DNA from: Selaginella moellendorffii
Lineage: Eukaryota > Plantae > Lycopodiophyta
Direction: 5' to 3'
DNA: 50,051 bases
NCBI RefSeq assembly: GCF_000143415.4
Contig: NW_003314263.1
Coordinates: 4,413,008-4,463,058, forward strand
The notes under the pieces: model-generated
Seen by the model: only the letters and a program-made list of their open reading frames with translations
Database searches by the model: none
Told to the model about the DNA's origin: nothing
Translations under genes and position numbers: made by a program
Shown here: positions 13,776-24,807 of the stretch, piece by piece
Position numbering within the stretch: position 1 is the stretch's first letter
Layout: the number at the start of each line of letters is the position of its first letter

Positions 13776-14567
13776 TAGACGCATAAACCACAGCTCACAA
13801 CGCCGCTTACACAAGCAGCGCTCATTATGCTCAGCGGAACCAAGAACACGGCGCACAAAAATGATAGACCTAGGAATGAGTTCGAGAATTCAAAAATAAC
13901 ACACGCTTGAACGTCACATCAAATCCTCTGACAAACTAGATCTTATGATTCCTCTGACAAATTTCAAACAGAGTAGCTTCTAGACTTTGCTGTCGGAGGT
14001 TGAACTTTGTCACATCATGTCCTTGCCTCGATCCAGCTGTGCCATGTCAGTGATTCGAACTTTGCCATGCCGTGTCAGCGATCCGCGCCAAGATTATTCG
14101 CCGTGTAAAGGAATAATTATGCTGTGTGTGTACATCCATTTATGGCAGGCCACACGCCATTCAAAGAATAATGCTAGTCGGGCATATTTTGGTGCATTTT
14201 TGGGTTCAAAATTGCATGAGCCCACACGCTATAAAGTTTACCTGTACCAAAAATAGAAACAGCTTTATTTACTTGGGAATTTAAGTGGTTGAGGCATTTT
14301 TAAACTTACAAACAAATGCCCTACTTACATTCATTTGGTTGCTTAAAATTCAAAAATATTATAAACCTTTCTTTTTGCATTTTCAATGTTTTCAATTATG
14401 GTTTTTGATTTTCGCAGGACCAGCCTAGTAATCTATTTGCATCCCGTCATGTTTATAGCTAGCTTTCGTTTGTCCCCTTCGCTGGCCTGAGATACATCTG
14501 CTCGGAATCTGCCTCTTACGGCATTTGCCCAGAAAGGGCATCTTTCTTCACGCAGCATTTGCCACAT

Positions 14568-14600
14568 GTTTAGGGTTAGGGTTTAGGGTTTAGGGTTTAG
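14568..14600 (+). repeat. Interstitial telomeric tract inside the DNA transposon
   Basis: GTTTAGGGTTAGGGTTTAGGGTTTAGGGTTTAG. Confidence 0.85.
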
Positions 14601-16319
14601 CAATTCAGTAGCTTGATAAACATGCAAATACAGAACTTGATGCAAAATCCTTTGATATGTCACAATGCCCCTAGGACCATAAACACATTTCGATAGAGAG
14701 GGTCCTTTCATTTCACAACTCCTTACGTAGATCTTGGTGAAACCAGAGTTAGTGAAGTTGGTTTCTTGTGATCCCGCATCTGATTATGATGTCCCTTTGC
14801 AGTGTCGATGGAAAGGTCAATGCACACCAAACTGTAGAATCTTGGAGCAAAATAACGGTCGGATCTATAGCAAATGCCCCTGAAACATTGTAAGGCTCGT
14901 GTGGTCTCATGTGGTGTCCGATCGAGATGCTTCTTTTCAGGGTCATCAAGAAGGACATTGTATACCATTCTGTAAAATCTAGTTGCGATCTAACGGTTGG
15001 ATCTCCAGGAAACTCAAAACAATCTCGCGCGTGTCAGAATATTCTAGGAATATACTCCTATGTGCTCCTGAAAATGGCATGCGGTCCCACGCCATTCAAG
15101 AGATAACGCCAGATGACGCCGAGCATTTTTTAGTGCATTTTTTGGGATCAAAATTGCATGAGCCCACATGCTTGAACGTCACATCAAATCCTTTGACAAT
15201 TTATTTAGCTGAACATCTGGCATTTTTGGAAATACAAGATGCTTTGGAATATCCAATCATGCATGGTATAAATATAGCGAGGGTATTAAATGATATCCCA
15301 ATCATGATCTTTCTTTTAGATTTCGCGTGCATGCAGTCCGAGGAATGATGACGTTGCGGATTTCTTTTGGATTTCACGTATGCGCGCGCCGATCCAGAAA
15401 TTAATGGTGGCGCCCAAGTCCGAGAAATGATGACGTGGCGGGATTACCAACCGTTGTGACATTTCGCGCGTGTGAGGTTAGGTTTTGCATTTTGCTTCGT
15501 ACTCGCGCTCGCACACTCGCGCTCACATCGCGCTCCCACTCGCGCTCCCACTTCTCTACAGGTTTCTCGTGTGCATCGGCGTCCACTCGCGCTTGCATCA
15601 CACTCGCGCTCGCATCGCGCTCGTGTGCATCGGCGTCCACTTCAAGACACACCCAATTTGTAACTTCGCCGCCAACTCCGCCGCCCACTCCGCCACCCAC
15701 ACGCAGCCCACTTGGCGTCCCGGGAGATTTCAGCGCCACTCTCCAACTGTAAGTGGCAGAGTAGCCTTGCTGCTACGATCCGCTGCACACACAGTGCACA
15801 TTCGCCAGCGAGTCCGGTTGTCACGCCTCCATTCGGCTTCAAATGGTAAGTCTTTTAGGCCAAGTAGAAAATGGCATGAGGCCACATGCCATTCAGTAGC
15901 AACATTGGCATGCACCGATTGGGCTCTCGAGTGCAGTCCGGTTACAGATGGCGTGTAGCCTTACGCCATCTTAGGATGCAGCCTCAAGACATCTGATGCA
16001 GTGGTGAATGGCGTGTGGCCTCACGTTATTTCCAGCTACTAGCTTTTCATCTGTCAGCTCTAATTGTTGTGCATTTCTGAACAGGCGAGGAATTGCGTTC
16101 TTCTTCCAGCCACTGTCAATGTGGATGCAGAGAAGGGGGAGGAGCTCACCAGTTGGACTTTCGGGATGGAAGGCGAGGATCTGAGGCTGTACAACACAGA
16201 TGGTGGGAGAAAAGAATGCATGGGGATCCTCATCCAAGTGACAGACACTCCATGCAGTTCCATGCAAGAATATGGACTGGCACTTGTGGTAGAGACAGCG
16301 TCTACCTTCAAGATCCACC

Positions 16320-18656
16320 TTGCACATCCTAGCGGCTTTCCGGAGGGGGGCAGCGGCGCAGGAATTCCTAGAGGGAGCTAGGGAGAAGTTGTCCAGGAGG
16401 CCCACAATTTCAAAGATGCTGCGGGTCTATGAAGATCACATGGAATCCACGGACCTCACCTACGACGATGTTCAAAAACTATATTCCAACATTGAGCCGT
16501 TGAGAGTGACTCCAGTTCGCGAAGCAAAGGGGAAGGGGGTCGATCTGGAAACTACCTCGAAGCAGAAAAGGGTGGTCAAGCTCAAGCCGACGTCCGACTC
16601 TCCTGCTCCAAAAAAGAAGCTACTCAGTGATGCCATTGCCTCGGGTTCGAACACTACACCCACCAAAAAGAAGAGCCGCAAAGAGCAGAAAGAGCAAGAA
16701 GAGGCAGCAAAAATCGTCGCAGATAATAGTACTTGTTACTATTCCAACAAAGTATATACAATCGACGTGAGCCGTATCGACATCCAAAGCAAATACAACC
16801 ACAGGCTAGTATCTGATGAGTGGGTGGAGAAACTGAAGCAGAAGATGCTGGCAAGTCCAGTAACACCTGACATCGTAGACGTGATCCCCTACTACCGAAC
16901 AATGAAGGGCGAGACGAGGTTTCCAGACTTGATCAATAGGAAGGTGTTGGACGATCAGAACATCCGGTTCTATGCCGTCTCCGGGCAGCATTCTAGCTTG
17001 GCGATGCAAGAGATAGTTGTGGATATTATGGTGGGCGAGGAGGTGAAGAAAGTCTTCAAGACAAGAGTTGTCCGCCTGATAAAAGGCAACTCGCCCCTCC
17101 GATCTATCATATACATCTCCCACGCACAGAATGTCAAGCAAGAAATGTGCTACAAATCAGGTCTGCACGAGACATTGGCACGAACACGGAAGCTCTGGGT
17201 TCAACTGAAGAAGCCACAAAAACCAGGACAAGGACGTGCACTAGCAACTAGCGCCTGGCAGGTAAGCCTCGTTGCATGTGGCATAGCATGTGGCCTCACG
17301 CCATTTCCATTGCAGGAATTCTCGAGTCTTCTCTCGAAAACACTGGGGGTCAATGACATACTCAGCATCCATAACATTCTACTCGCGACAAAAGTTGTTT
17401 TTGACAAATGGGTAGATGTGCTGAGGAGGTACCATGACGGGGAGTTGCCAAACTCAATGGGTGTGGAGGACGGCTGGAAGCCCAATGATTTGAAGCTCAA
17501 CGCCTTGCGTTTCTCGCGGTCTCTAGACGACGACGACCTTCTGACAGTGGCTAATGCTCTTCTACGTGGTGAGGTAGTCTTCAACAAGACCAAAATGACT
17601 CCCGGCCATATTGTGACATACGAGGACTTGTGCACGACTCTGAGAGCTCGTGCGCTATTGAAGGATTGGATCTTCGAGCAAGTGGCCGTGGAGAGGGTGA
17701 GCATCGACACCACGCAAGAGATGATGGAAGCGCTGGAGTTGTCAAATGAAGACATCGACGAGTACGTGAAGGGGGCCCCCAAGTTCATCGATCTGCTGTG
17801 GGATGCCACGAAAAGTAAAGCTGAGAAGTTGGATCAGTATCCAAATTTCATTAAGATTGATGTCGACCGCCGGCTTCAGAAACAGCTCGACCCCGCAGCA
17901 GAGGCCTATCGAGAACCTTACCGGGTATACTTGAATTCGGATGAGGATCAAAGGTGGAGGAGCATCGTTTCCCGTGGAGATGAGCAGGTCAAGAACATCT
18001 TTTGTGTGATGGACTTCACAAACGAGGAGATCACTCATGCAGACGAAGTCAGCTCCATCATTGACTTAATGGTGGGACTTGCGGAGGTGGAATCTTCAGT
18101 CCACTATATGATCTACGACTCCGAATCCTATCACAAGTTCTGGAAGGCCTTGAACGAGGTGAAGGCTCGGTTGAAAGGCAAGGAGATGCGGGAGATCCAT
18201 GGGATAATGGCTAAGAAGAAGATACCGACGAATGTCCGCATCTTCACACTTGCCCTTGTTATTGGTCCTGCAGCAGAGTGGGACTGGAGTGACTTCCCAG
18301 CTTCGTTCGACAAGGCCAATCGAATTGATCTGAGGGAGGTCAATTTACCCGTGCCTGAGGAACTGAAGACGGCTATGGAGCTTTCGAATCCAAAGAAAGC
18401 TCCAGGTGCAGCATGGGAAATGCTCAGCTGGGTCTTCAATGCAATAGCGGGTGGGTCACCTGCTTCCGACTCCAAGGGCAAATGCGTTGTCGAGTACAAC
18501 TGCGACGGACTATTCTTTCAAGCCGCACTACTCAAGGGTGTCCCGTGTGTTGCGGTGACAAACTCCATTGAAGAGGTGACTTCAATGGAGCATATAATTA
18601 CAGTTGCCAAAGAAAAACAGTATCTTCTCTGCGAACCTGGTGAGTACACACTTTAA
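16320..18656 (+). CDS. Transposon cargo protein: ParB/Srx-like domain plus C-terminal degenerate DNA-methyltransferase-like region (main exons of a spliced gene)
   Basis: 778-codon ORF. NHRLVSDEWVEKLKQKM..FYAVSGQHSSLAM resembles the ParB R..GxHRxxA pattern. VVEYNCDGLFFQAALLKGVPCVAV resembles the motif-I region of N4/N6 MTases. Likely in-frame 54-nt intron at 17262-17315 and a donor GTGAGT near 18640. True start uncertain. Confidence 0.6.
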   Translation: MHILAAFRRGAAAQEFLEGAREKLSRRPTISKMLRVYEDHMESTDLTYDDVQKLYSNIEPLRVTPVREAKGKGVDLETTSKQKRVVKLKPTSDSPAPKKKLLSDAIASGSNTTPTKKKSRKEQKEQEEAAKIVADNSTCYYSNKVYTIDVSRIDIQSKYNHRLVSDEWVEKLKQKMLASPVTPDIVDVIPYYRTMKGETRFPDLINRKVLDDQNIRFYAVSGQHSSLAMQEIVVDIMVGEEVKKVFKTRVVRLIKGNSPLRSIIYISHAQNVKQEMCYKSGLHETLARTRKLWVQLKKPQKPGQGRALATSAWQVSLVACGIACGLTPFPLQEFSSLLSKTLGVNDILSIHNILLATKVVFDKWVDVLRRYHDGELPNSMGVEDGWKPNDLKLNALRFSRSLDDDDLLTVANALLRGEVVFNKTKMTPGHIVTYEDLCTTLRARALLKDWIFEQVAVERVSIDTTQEMMEALELSNEDIDEYVKGAPKFIDLLWDATKSKAEKLDQYPNFIKIDVDRRLQKQLDPAAEAYREPYRVYLNSDEDQRWRSIVSRGDEQVKNIFCVMDFTNEEITHADEVSSIIDLMVGLAEVESSVHYMIYDSESYHKFWKALNEVKARLKGKEMREIHGIMAKKKIPTNVRIFTLALVIGPAAEWDWSDFPASFDKANRIDLREVNLPVPEELKTAMELSNPKKAPGAAWEMLSWVFNAIAGGSPASDSKGKCVVEYNCDGLFFQAALLKGVPCVAVTNSIEEVTSMEHIITVAKEKQYLLCEPGEYTL

Positions 18657-18689
18657 GTTTAAATGTTATCTCACAAGCTCTATATGCAG

Positions 18690-20562
18690 GAGTGTGGCCA
18701 CCCCCAGATGCTGAAAGCGGCGTTAACAGCTACTGTTGCTGAAGAATACCCATGTTGGGCCGAGCTCACAACCTGCACAAGGTAAGGTCACGTGAGGCCT
18801 CACACCATTTTGATTATAGATCGTTGTGAATATTCAGACACGAGGACTGAAAAGCGCACTGGTGGCGCATCGAAGAAGGACAAATAGACAAGCAATAGGA
18901 AAAAAGGAGGTACAAATTATATTTGCAATGGCGTGTGGTCTCATGCCATTCCTTGCAGGAGAAACTTCTTCAAAGGCAAAACAGGCAAGCACCAGCCAAG
19001 CTCAAACTGACAGTGGTCATAAAAAGCGAAAGCACGTTGGACAGTCATCGAGATCAGAGGCATTTGATTCGAAAAGGAAGAAGGGCAACGAAAAGATGAT
19101 AGGTAATGCCTCGCGGTTATGGCGTGTGTGCTCATGCCATTCATTGCAGATCAAGGGCTGAGTGAAAGCAGGCAGTCACCACCTCATTACTCAGATTCCT
19201 ATGGCGGACTCCCCTTCCCCAATCTCAATGGAGAGGTACAATGGATGAGGGAAGCTTTTCAAGGCAGGGCCACGTTTTTCTCATCTCGTCGTCTTCGAAG
19301 GGTGCAAGAACGTGCAGAAACCATGTTAAGACAGTCGGGTGAGGATACGGTCCTAGGTCACGCACTAAAACAGGCTATGGATGTCTTGTATTTTGAGATG
19401 GAGACTCGGCCAGATGATTTTCCCAAGATGGTCCTGGAAGAACAAGCCATCCAGCCTGAGCAGCCTATGGAAGAAATGCAGGAGGGGGATGAGGAGCCAG
19501 AGAAAGATAATGAGCAGGAAGAGCAGAAGGACGAAGAGGAGGACAAAGAAGAGGAGGACGAAGAAGAGGAGGACGAAGAGGACTTGGATGGTCCTCACAA
19601 TGGTGACGATCACAATAATGACGACGACGATGATGACGATGATGGCCAGCCTGAGGTGGCCAAAGAGCAGCGGAGGAAGGTCATACAAGACAAACCATCA
19701 GGTAAATAATAGTACATCCATTCCTAACCTTTTACCATTTCTAACATTGTCCATGTAGGTCGCAAAGCAAATGGTAAGTAGAGATTATTCAGTTGAATTA
19801 AGATACAAACTCTAGCCTTTAGTGTCGAGGAAGGATAGTGCCAAGCAAGGGTCGAAACGTATGTCCAATCCTTCAGAATCAGCAGTGCGCCCAAGTGATA
19901 TCGGTCCTAGTTCCTCAATAGTTGTTGATGGTAAATACAGTATAGTCGATTCAATGTGCTAATGAGTTTGTTTTTAGTAGCACGGGAGGATACCATCTCA
20001 ATCGAAGGGAGATATTTGGACATGCATATGGATCCGCCAGTGGACTCTACTTGGCTGCAAGAGTCATCAGAGCTGGTGGAGGCTACTATCCATATCAACG
20101 CCAAGCAAGTTGACCACGCTCCACTTGATGCTGCCCATACCACTGAGTCAATCTTGTCCACGTATCCAACTGACGGTGACCAGGCGCCATTGGACCCACA
20201 TGAGGCCGCCCCAGCCGCCGAGCCGGTCGTATCCTCATTTCCAACGGACTCAACGTGTGCCCAATCTTCTGACTACGCGCCGTTGGAACCTCCCTACACC
20301 GCCCCTGCTGCCTGTTCGGTCATGTCCACTTTGCCAACGGAGGCACCAGCTGAAATGGCGTGTGATCACATGCCATCGGAACCACCCTATGCCACTGTTG
20401 AGCCAGTTGTACCAGAGTCTACAGCTGAAATGGCATGTGCCCACACGCCATCGGATGCGATTGACCCCACATTGCAGAGGAGAGTATTTCTACCCTTCAC
20501 GTTTCCTCGACCAAAACCCTCTCAACGACCATCGGGAGCAACATTCGCTAATATTGTAGATG
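18690..20562 (+). CDS. Probable small exons encoding a basic/acidic/Pro-rich linker of the cargo gene
   Basis: GT..AG micro-introns (18910-18958, 19103-19149, 20563-20609) separate coding-like stretches, including a long E/D tract (ORF 19119-19709) and a Pro-rich ORF (19956-20594). Confidence 0.5.
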
Positions 20563-20609
20563 GTAAAATTGACTTGTACCATTTTTTATGCTGACGTATT
20601 TCATTTCAG

Positions 20610-21472
20610 AGTCACAGCGAAGGTACTGTATCGTTTTTGATCTGAACGGTGTCCTTTTCTCCCATGAGCGTGGCTCGTCCTCGAATGTCATTGCACCCTC
20701 CAAAGCCTGCGGTCGCAAGTTGGTCAAAAGAGACAGATTCACATTAATCACACGGCAGAAACTGCGGGATCTAATAATGACCATGCGACACTTAAAACAG
20801 AGGGCCGGGTTCAATTTGCAATTGGCAGTTTGGACATCCATGATGCGCCACAATGCATTAACGTTGCTACAGATGATGCACGATCAGACGCGAGTAATAT
20901 TACTATTTGACTTTCTCCTAACGCAGGAGGATTGCTTGACTATGGTCCATGTGAGGGGTAGCAAGCCCATCTTCGTCAAGACAGAGGCTGTAGTGATGAA
21001 CCGGACTGCTAGCTCAAGTGAAATCCTCATCATCAATGACTCGCCGATTAAAACTGTAGCGAACACGCACACATATGCAGTGCACCCCATCTCTTGCAAT
21101 ATGGAAACTAGGGAGAAGAAACCGTATGTTCTAGGGGACCTTGCAAAACGGCTTGGAGCGATGGTGATAGAGAACCGGCCAGTCCAGGAGGTGGCTGCAG
21201 AAATCAACCAAATGGCAGATGGAACGGTATATCAGAAGCCATTTGATCGGACAGACACCAGTCATCATTTATGGCATGTATATTGTCTAGCCAAGCACTA
21301 TCCGCATCTCCATAATCTGCTCAACCAGATGGGTTCTTCGACCACTGAACATGAGCGTGGACGTATTAGAGAAGAGATGGCATTACTATTGGGTTTAAAT
21401 CCTGATAGTGTGGAAAGTGATGAAATTCCAAGATTATTGTATAGGCATTGGAGGCAAAAAATAACAGTCTGA
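20610..21472 (+). CDS. FCP1/NIF-like HAD phosphatase domain (terminal exon)
   Basis: IVFDLNGVL (HAD motif I-like), AVWTSM, ILIINDSPIK. Preceded by acceptor TTTCAG ending at 20609. Confidence 0.72.
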
Positions 21473-21993
21473 GATGGCATGTATTTATTTAAAAATGTAA
21501 CTTATTATGGCATGGGGTTCCATGCCATTGTATTAATATTAAAAGACAATTCTTTGAGAGGATTTCCATTATACTAGAAGTGTTACAGCATGTTATTCGA
21601 AGTCTACGAAGTTGTTTTATTAATAAGGGGAAAGTAAAGATTGAATGGGGACTTGGGCTCCACCTAGACTCGGAGCAACTGAGCCAATATTAAAAGGATG
21701 GAAAGAAATTGGACGACGATGACAAGGAGAAGAGAGAGGTGAAGCAGTGGCAGGGGGAGGAGAAGTGATTGAGTAGACATTTCCTTGTTTAAAATAAAAT
21801 GGCATGTGCCTCAATGCAATTGAATTTTGTTATATTTATATACTATATAAAGGTTTGGAAACCTTATTTTACAAGTGGGATAATGACAATTCCCACTTTA
21901 ACGAAATAGAGCTTTGCTGAGCTTCCCGAGCGCTTCCCGAAGCTCCTTCAGTGTAAAATCCATCTTCAATGAGTCGTGCCACTCATGGGGGAT

Positions 21994-23816
21994 TGTAAGG
22001 AACCAACTCGCTGAAGTGTCGTAGGCTAAAGGAACCCCAAAAGCATGACCAAAATGACAAAGAGTTCATCGGATGGGACCAAGTCGAAGATCGAGTTCAA
22101 GACCGACTCTAGGACCGAGTTCGAGATAGAGTCCGGAATCGAGTCCGAGACCAACTCGGGGACCGAGTTCAAGTCCGAGTTCGAGACCGAGTTCGAGACG
22201 GAGTCCGAGATCCGAAATCGGGTCCGAGACCGAGTCCGAGGTCGAGTCCGAGGTCGGGTCCGAGATCGGGTCCGAGATCGAGTCTGAGATCGAGTCCGAG
22301 ACCGAATCCGAAGTCGGATCCGAAATCGGGTCCAAGATCAAGCCAGAGACTAAGTCCAAATACTAATACGGGTCAAGGGGTGAAAGCCCAAAGCGTGCGT
22401 CTCCCAGGGGGGGGGGGCTGTGGGGGGTTCCAAAAGTATAGTAGGGATAGTGAAGTTTAGGAACTAGTCTTGAAGGAACTCTCCAGTGGTGCTTCCCAAC
22501 TGACTTGAGGTTGAGACTGGGGCCAAGGGGCCTTGGGTGGGAGTGAGCATGGGCTTGAGTGGTGCCGGAGGGGCCACCCAGGGAAGTGCTCAAGAGCAGC
22601 TCCCACTCCCGAAAAGGAAACCGACTGCGGTGCTCCCGGCTCATGTGGAGTGGTGCCCCACTTGAGTACCTTGTGGCTCATTGGTCCTCACCCTTCCTAG
22701 GGGCTTGGGCCTTCCCTTAGGAATGGAAGTGGGGGGGTAGAGGTACCCATACCGGGCCGCTAGGCCATGGTGTTTCGCCAACCTCAAGTCTTGGTGGAGA
22801 ACGATAGAGGCCAACGAAGGACCGGTGGCCACTTGGGAAATGATGAAGGCGAGGATCCGCGCAACTTACGTTCCTCCGAATGCTACTCTGCATCTAAGGG
22901 ACGAGCTGAGTAGGCTGAAGCAGACCGGAACCATTCAGGAGTATGTGAATGGGTTTATGGCAAAGAGGATACTTGTCATAGACATAGGGGATATGGATGC
23001 GTTCCATGCCTTCATATCAGGTTTGCAAACCTGGGCTCGTGGCGAAGTGATGCGGCGGAACCCGACCAACTACAAGGAAGCGTTGGATGCAGCTATCAAG
23101 GTGCATTTCAACGATAACCTGCAAAAGGGGAACACGACTGGGTCGGGATCCACGTTTAGCAAAGGGACCAAACCAAGGGGAACGTTTAGCAGAGGGAAAT
23201 TCAAGAAGAGTTTCTTTAAGAATGAGTCCTCGGGGTTCCGGAAAGGCAGATCCGGTGGCCAGCGAGCGAGTACGTGGGGGAGTCAAGCGAAAAGAGAAAA
23301 ACCCACGGATAAGAAGGTCAAGTCATATAGCAGCATGGAAAACAACGTATGCTACAACTGCGGTGAAGCGGGACACTTCTCGAGGGAATGTCCCTACCCG
23401 AAGAAGGCTAGAGCCAATATGGCCATCAAGTCGGGTGAAGTCCAAACTGAGGTATGTGATCCAGTCCCTAACTCAAAGTTACTCATTACACGAGCAACTT
23501 TGGTAGAGAGTCGTTTGCAACATCTACTAGCCCTCCAAGGGAAGCTCGGAGGTAGCTTTGTTAAGATCCTTATTGACACGGGTGCTTCGGATAATTTTGT
23601 GGTTGCAGACATAGTCCGGCAAGCCGGACTAACGGTGCAGCGGCTAGGCGAACCAAGGACTATAGAGTTTGTTCAAGGTAGCCAAAGCACCGATGAGGTA
23701 CTTCGACAAGCGAGAGTCGAAGTGGGGACTTGGAAGGTGGACATGGATTTCACTGTGTTAGACATGGCGGGATTTGACGTGATCTTCGGAATGGACTGGT
23801 TCAATCGATTCGTGGC
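21994..23816 (+). mobile_element. Truncated Ty3/Gypsy LTR retrotransposon (5' part) nested in LINE copy 2
   Basis: Starts TGTAAGG where LINE homology stops. Contains a gag-protease ORF and is cut off by return to LINE ORF1 sequence. Confidence 0.8.
22075..22360. repeat. 6/12-bp tandem microrepeat (GAGTCC/GAGATC/GAGACC)
   Basis: Directly visible; responsible for spurious low-complexity ORFs. Confidence 0.85.
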
Positions 23817-23835
23817 CGCTCCTGTACTTCTGTGA
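22825..23835 (+). CDS. Gag-aspartic protease (truncated)
   Basis: LSRLKQTGTIQEY (retrotransposon gag), CYNCGEAGHFSREC zinc knuckle, LIDTGASDNF protease site, DVIFGMDW. Confidence 0.9.
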   Translation: MATWEMMKARIRATYVPPNATLHLRDELSRLKQTGTIQEYVNGFMAKRILVIDIGDMDAFHAFISGLQTWARGEVMRRNPTNYKEALDAAIKVHFNDNLQKGNTTGSGSTFSKGTKPRGTFSRGKFKKSFFKNESSGFRKGRSGGQRASTWGSQAKREKPTDKKVKSYSSMENNVCYNCGEAGHFSRECPYPKKARANMAIKSGEVQTEVCDPVPNSKLLITRATLVESRLQHLLALQGKLGGSFVKILIDTGASDNFVVADIVRQAGLTVQRLGEPRTIEFVQGSQSTDEVLRQARVEVGTWKVDMDFTVLDMAGFDVIFGMDWFNRFVAAPVLL

Positions 23836-24558
23836 GACATCCATCCCTGTGAATCCCCTCAACGGCAAAAGTGCTTGGGATAATTCCCCGCAAGCCTTCC
23901 TGACTTGTAACTGGCCCGAGACCCTCACGAAGCTCCTGAACTCCAGCCAATGACCAAGCTAGTGGGTGAGGGGAGGTAGCTTCGTCCTCTCCACCACTCT
24001 CAGTGGGCACCTCGTCTCTGGCTTGGCTTTTACTTCCAGCTTGTTCCAGGACCTAGCCATCCCCCAGCTCTGAAACATCCACCACTTCTATCCCGTGGTT
24101 CTCGTCCTGCTAGGTTGCTTCCTTGCGTGGCTCGCTTGCTGCCTTGCACAGCAATGTTCTGGCCGTTGATACAGAGGGCCCTTTCCTGTCCTGGCTTGCT
24201 GCTGTACATGTGCCAGAACCCTGACCTTGTAACAGGCCTCCTCGTGGGAGTCGAATGCTGAGGCCCCTGCCTCACCCTCCACAACCTTGAGAGCTCAGTT
24301 TGATGGGCGTGGATGCTGTGATTCCCCTGTGGCTGTTCTCCATGCTGCTGACAGGGGAGTGAATACACAGCAGAAGCAAAAAAAGGGGAACAATACTTCC
24401 CTAAATCTCATGGCGGATGCCCCAGCCGACGGAGATTGCATGCTCTCCCCTGGGCACTCTTCTACCTTTGGCTGTGCCTCCGATCACGGCAGCCATGGTA
24501 CTGGGCGCCTTCCTCCACTTCCTCCCCAAAAAACGTCCAACATTAGGGTTTTTTTTTC

Positions 24559-24807
24559 GAGATCTCGCCGGATTGCAGCACCGTGGGGTGTCTTTGACCC
24601 TAAACGCCTAAATGCACCTAAACCCTAAACCCTTTAAACCCTAAAATTTAAACCCTGAACCTACTTAACAACTTAGGGAATGGTTCTTCAATCTGGATAT
24701 ACTCACCATATATATCTACACATTGCTTTAGGGTTTAGGGTTTTGGTTTTATAGTTTTAAGGTTTAGGGTTTACCAGTATAGGGTTTAGTGTTTAGGATT
24801 TAGGCGT
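24559..24807. repeat. Internal inverted partial copy of the telomeric unit plus divergent degenerate telomere tracts
   Basis: 24559-~24625 is the reverse complement of 47159-47222, followed by CCCTAAA variants to ~24660, a ~65-bp spacer, and TTTAGGG variants ending TTTAGGCGT. Confidence 0.88.

Larger units (their letters stand above)
9759..21820. repeat. Dispersed 22-bp palindrome ATGGCRTG-N6-CAYGCCAT (about 20 copies)
   Basis: Copies start at 9759, 10075, 11470, 11527, 13362, 13432, 13530, 15074, 15871, 15948, 16008, 17283, 18928, 19119, 20355, 20430, 21507 and 21799, plus weaker ones. None was noticed outside the TIRs. Confidence 0.9.
9533..21914. mobile_element. 12.4-kb cut-and-paste DNA transposon (Sola-like) inserted in LINE ORF2
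   Basis: TIRs AAGCTCTATTTTGTTAAAGTGGGA (9533-9556) and TCCCACTTTAACGAAATAGAGCTT (21891-21914), 1 mismatch. TSD TGCT at 9529-9532 and 21915-21918. Removing the element restores the LINE sequence seen at ~42630-42710. Confidence 0.92.
6342..24558 (-). mobile_element. LINE copy 2, split by nested insertions (pieces 6342-9532, 21919-21993, ~23817-24558)
   Basis: Pieces are highly similar to 39436-42642, 42643-42711 and ~46218-46970. Flanked by GAGATCTCACTGAATTGC (6324-6341) and GAGATCTCGCCGGATTGC (24559-24576). RT motifs DFEKAY, QGCPLAPYLF and FADD are present with stops. Confidence 0.85.

Noticed and set aside
9759-21820. Palindromes as a CRISPR array or MITE family
   Set aside because: Irregular spacing from tens to thousands of bp, no TSDs around individual copies, eukaryotic context.
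21987-21993. GGGGGAT as the polypurine tract of the Gypsy LTR
   Set aside because: It is LINE ORF2 sequence (reverse strand encodes IPHEW) at the insertion point.
22045-22359. ORFs with RDRV/SDS repeats; CRISPR-like periodicity
   Set aside because: Simple 6/12-bp microrepeat without unique spacers.
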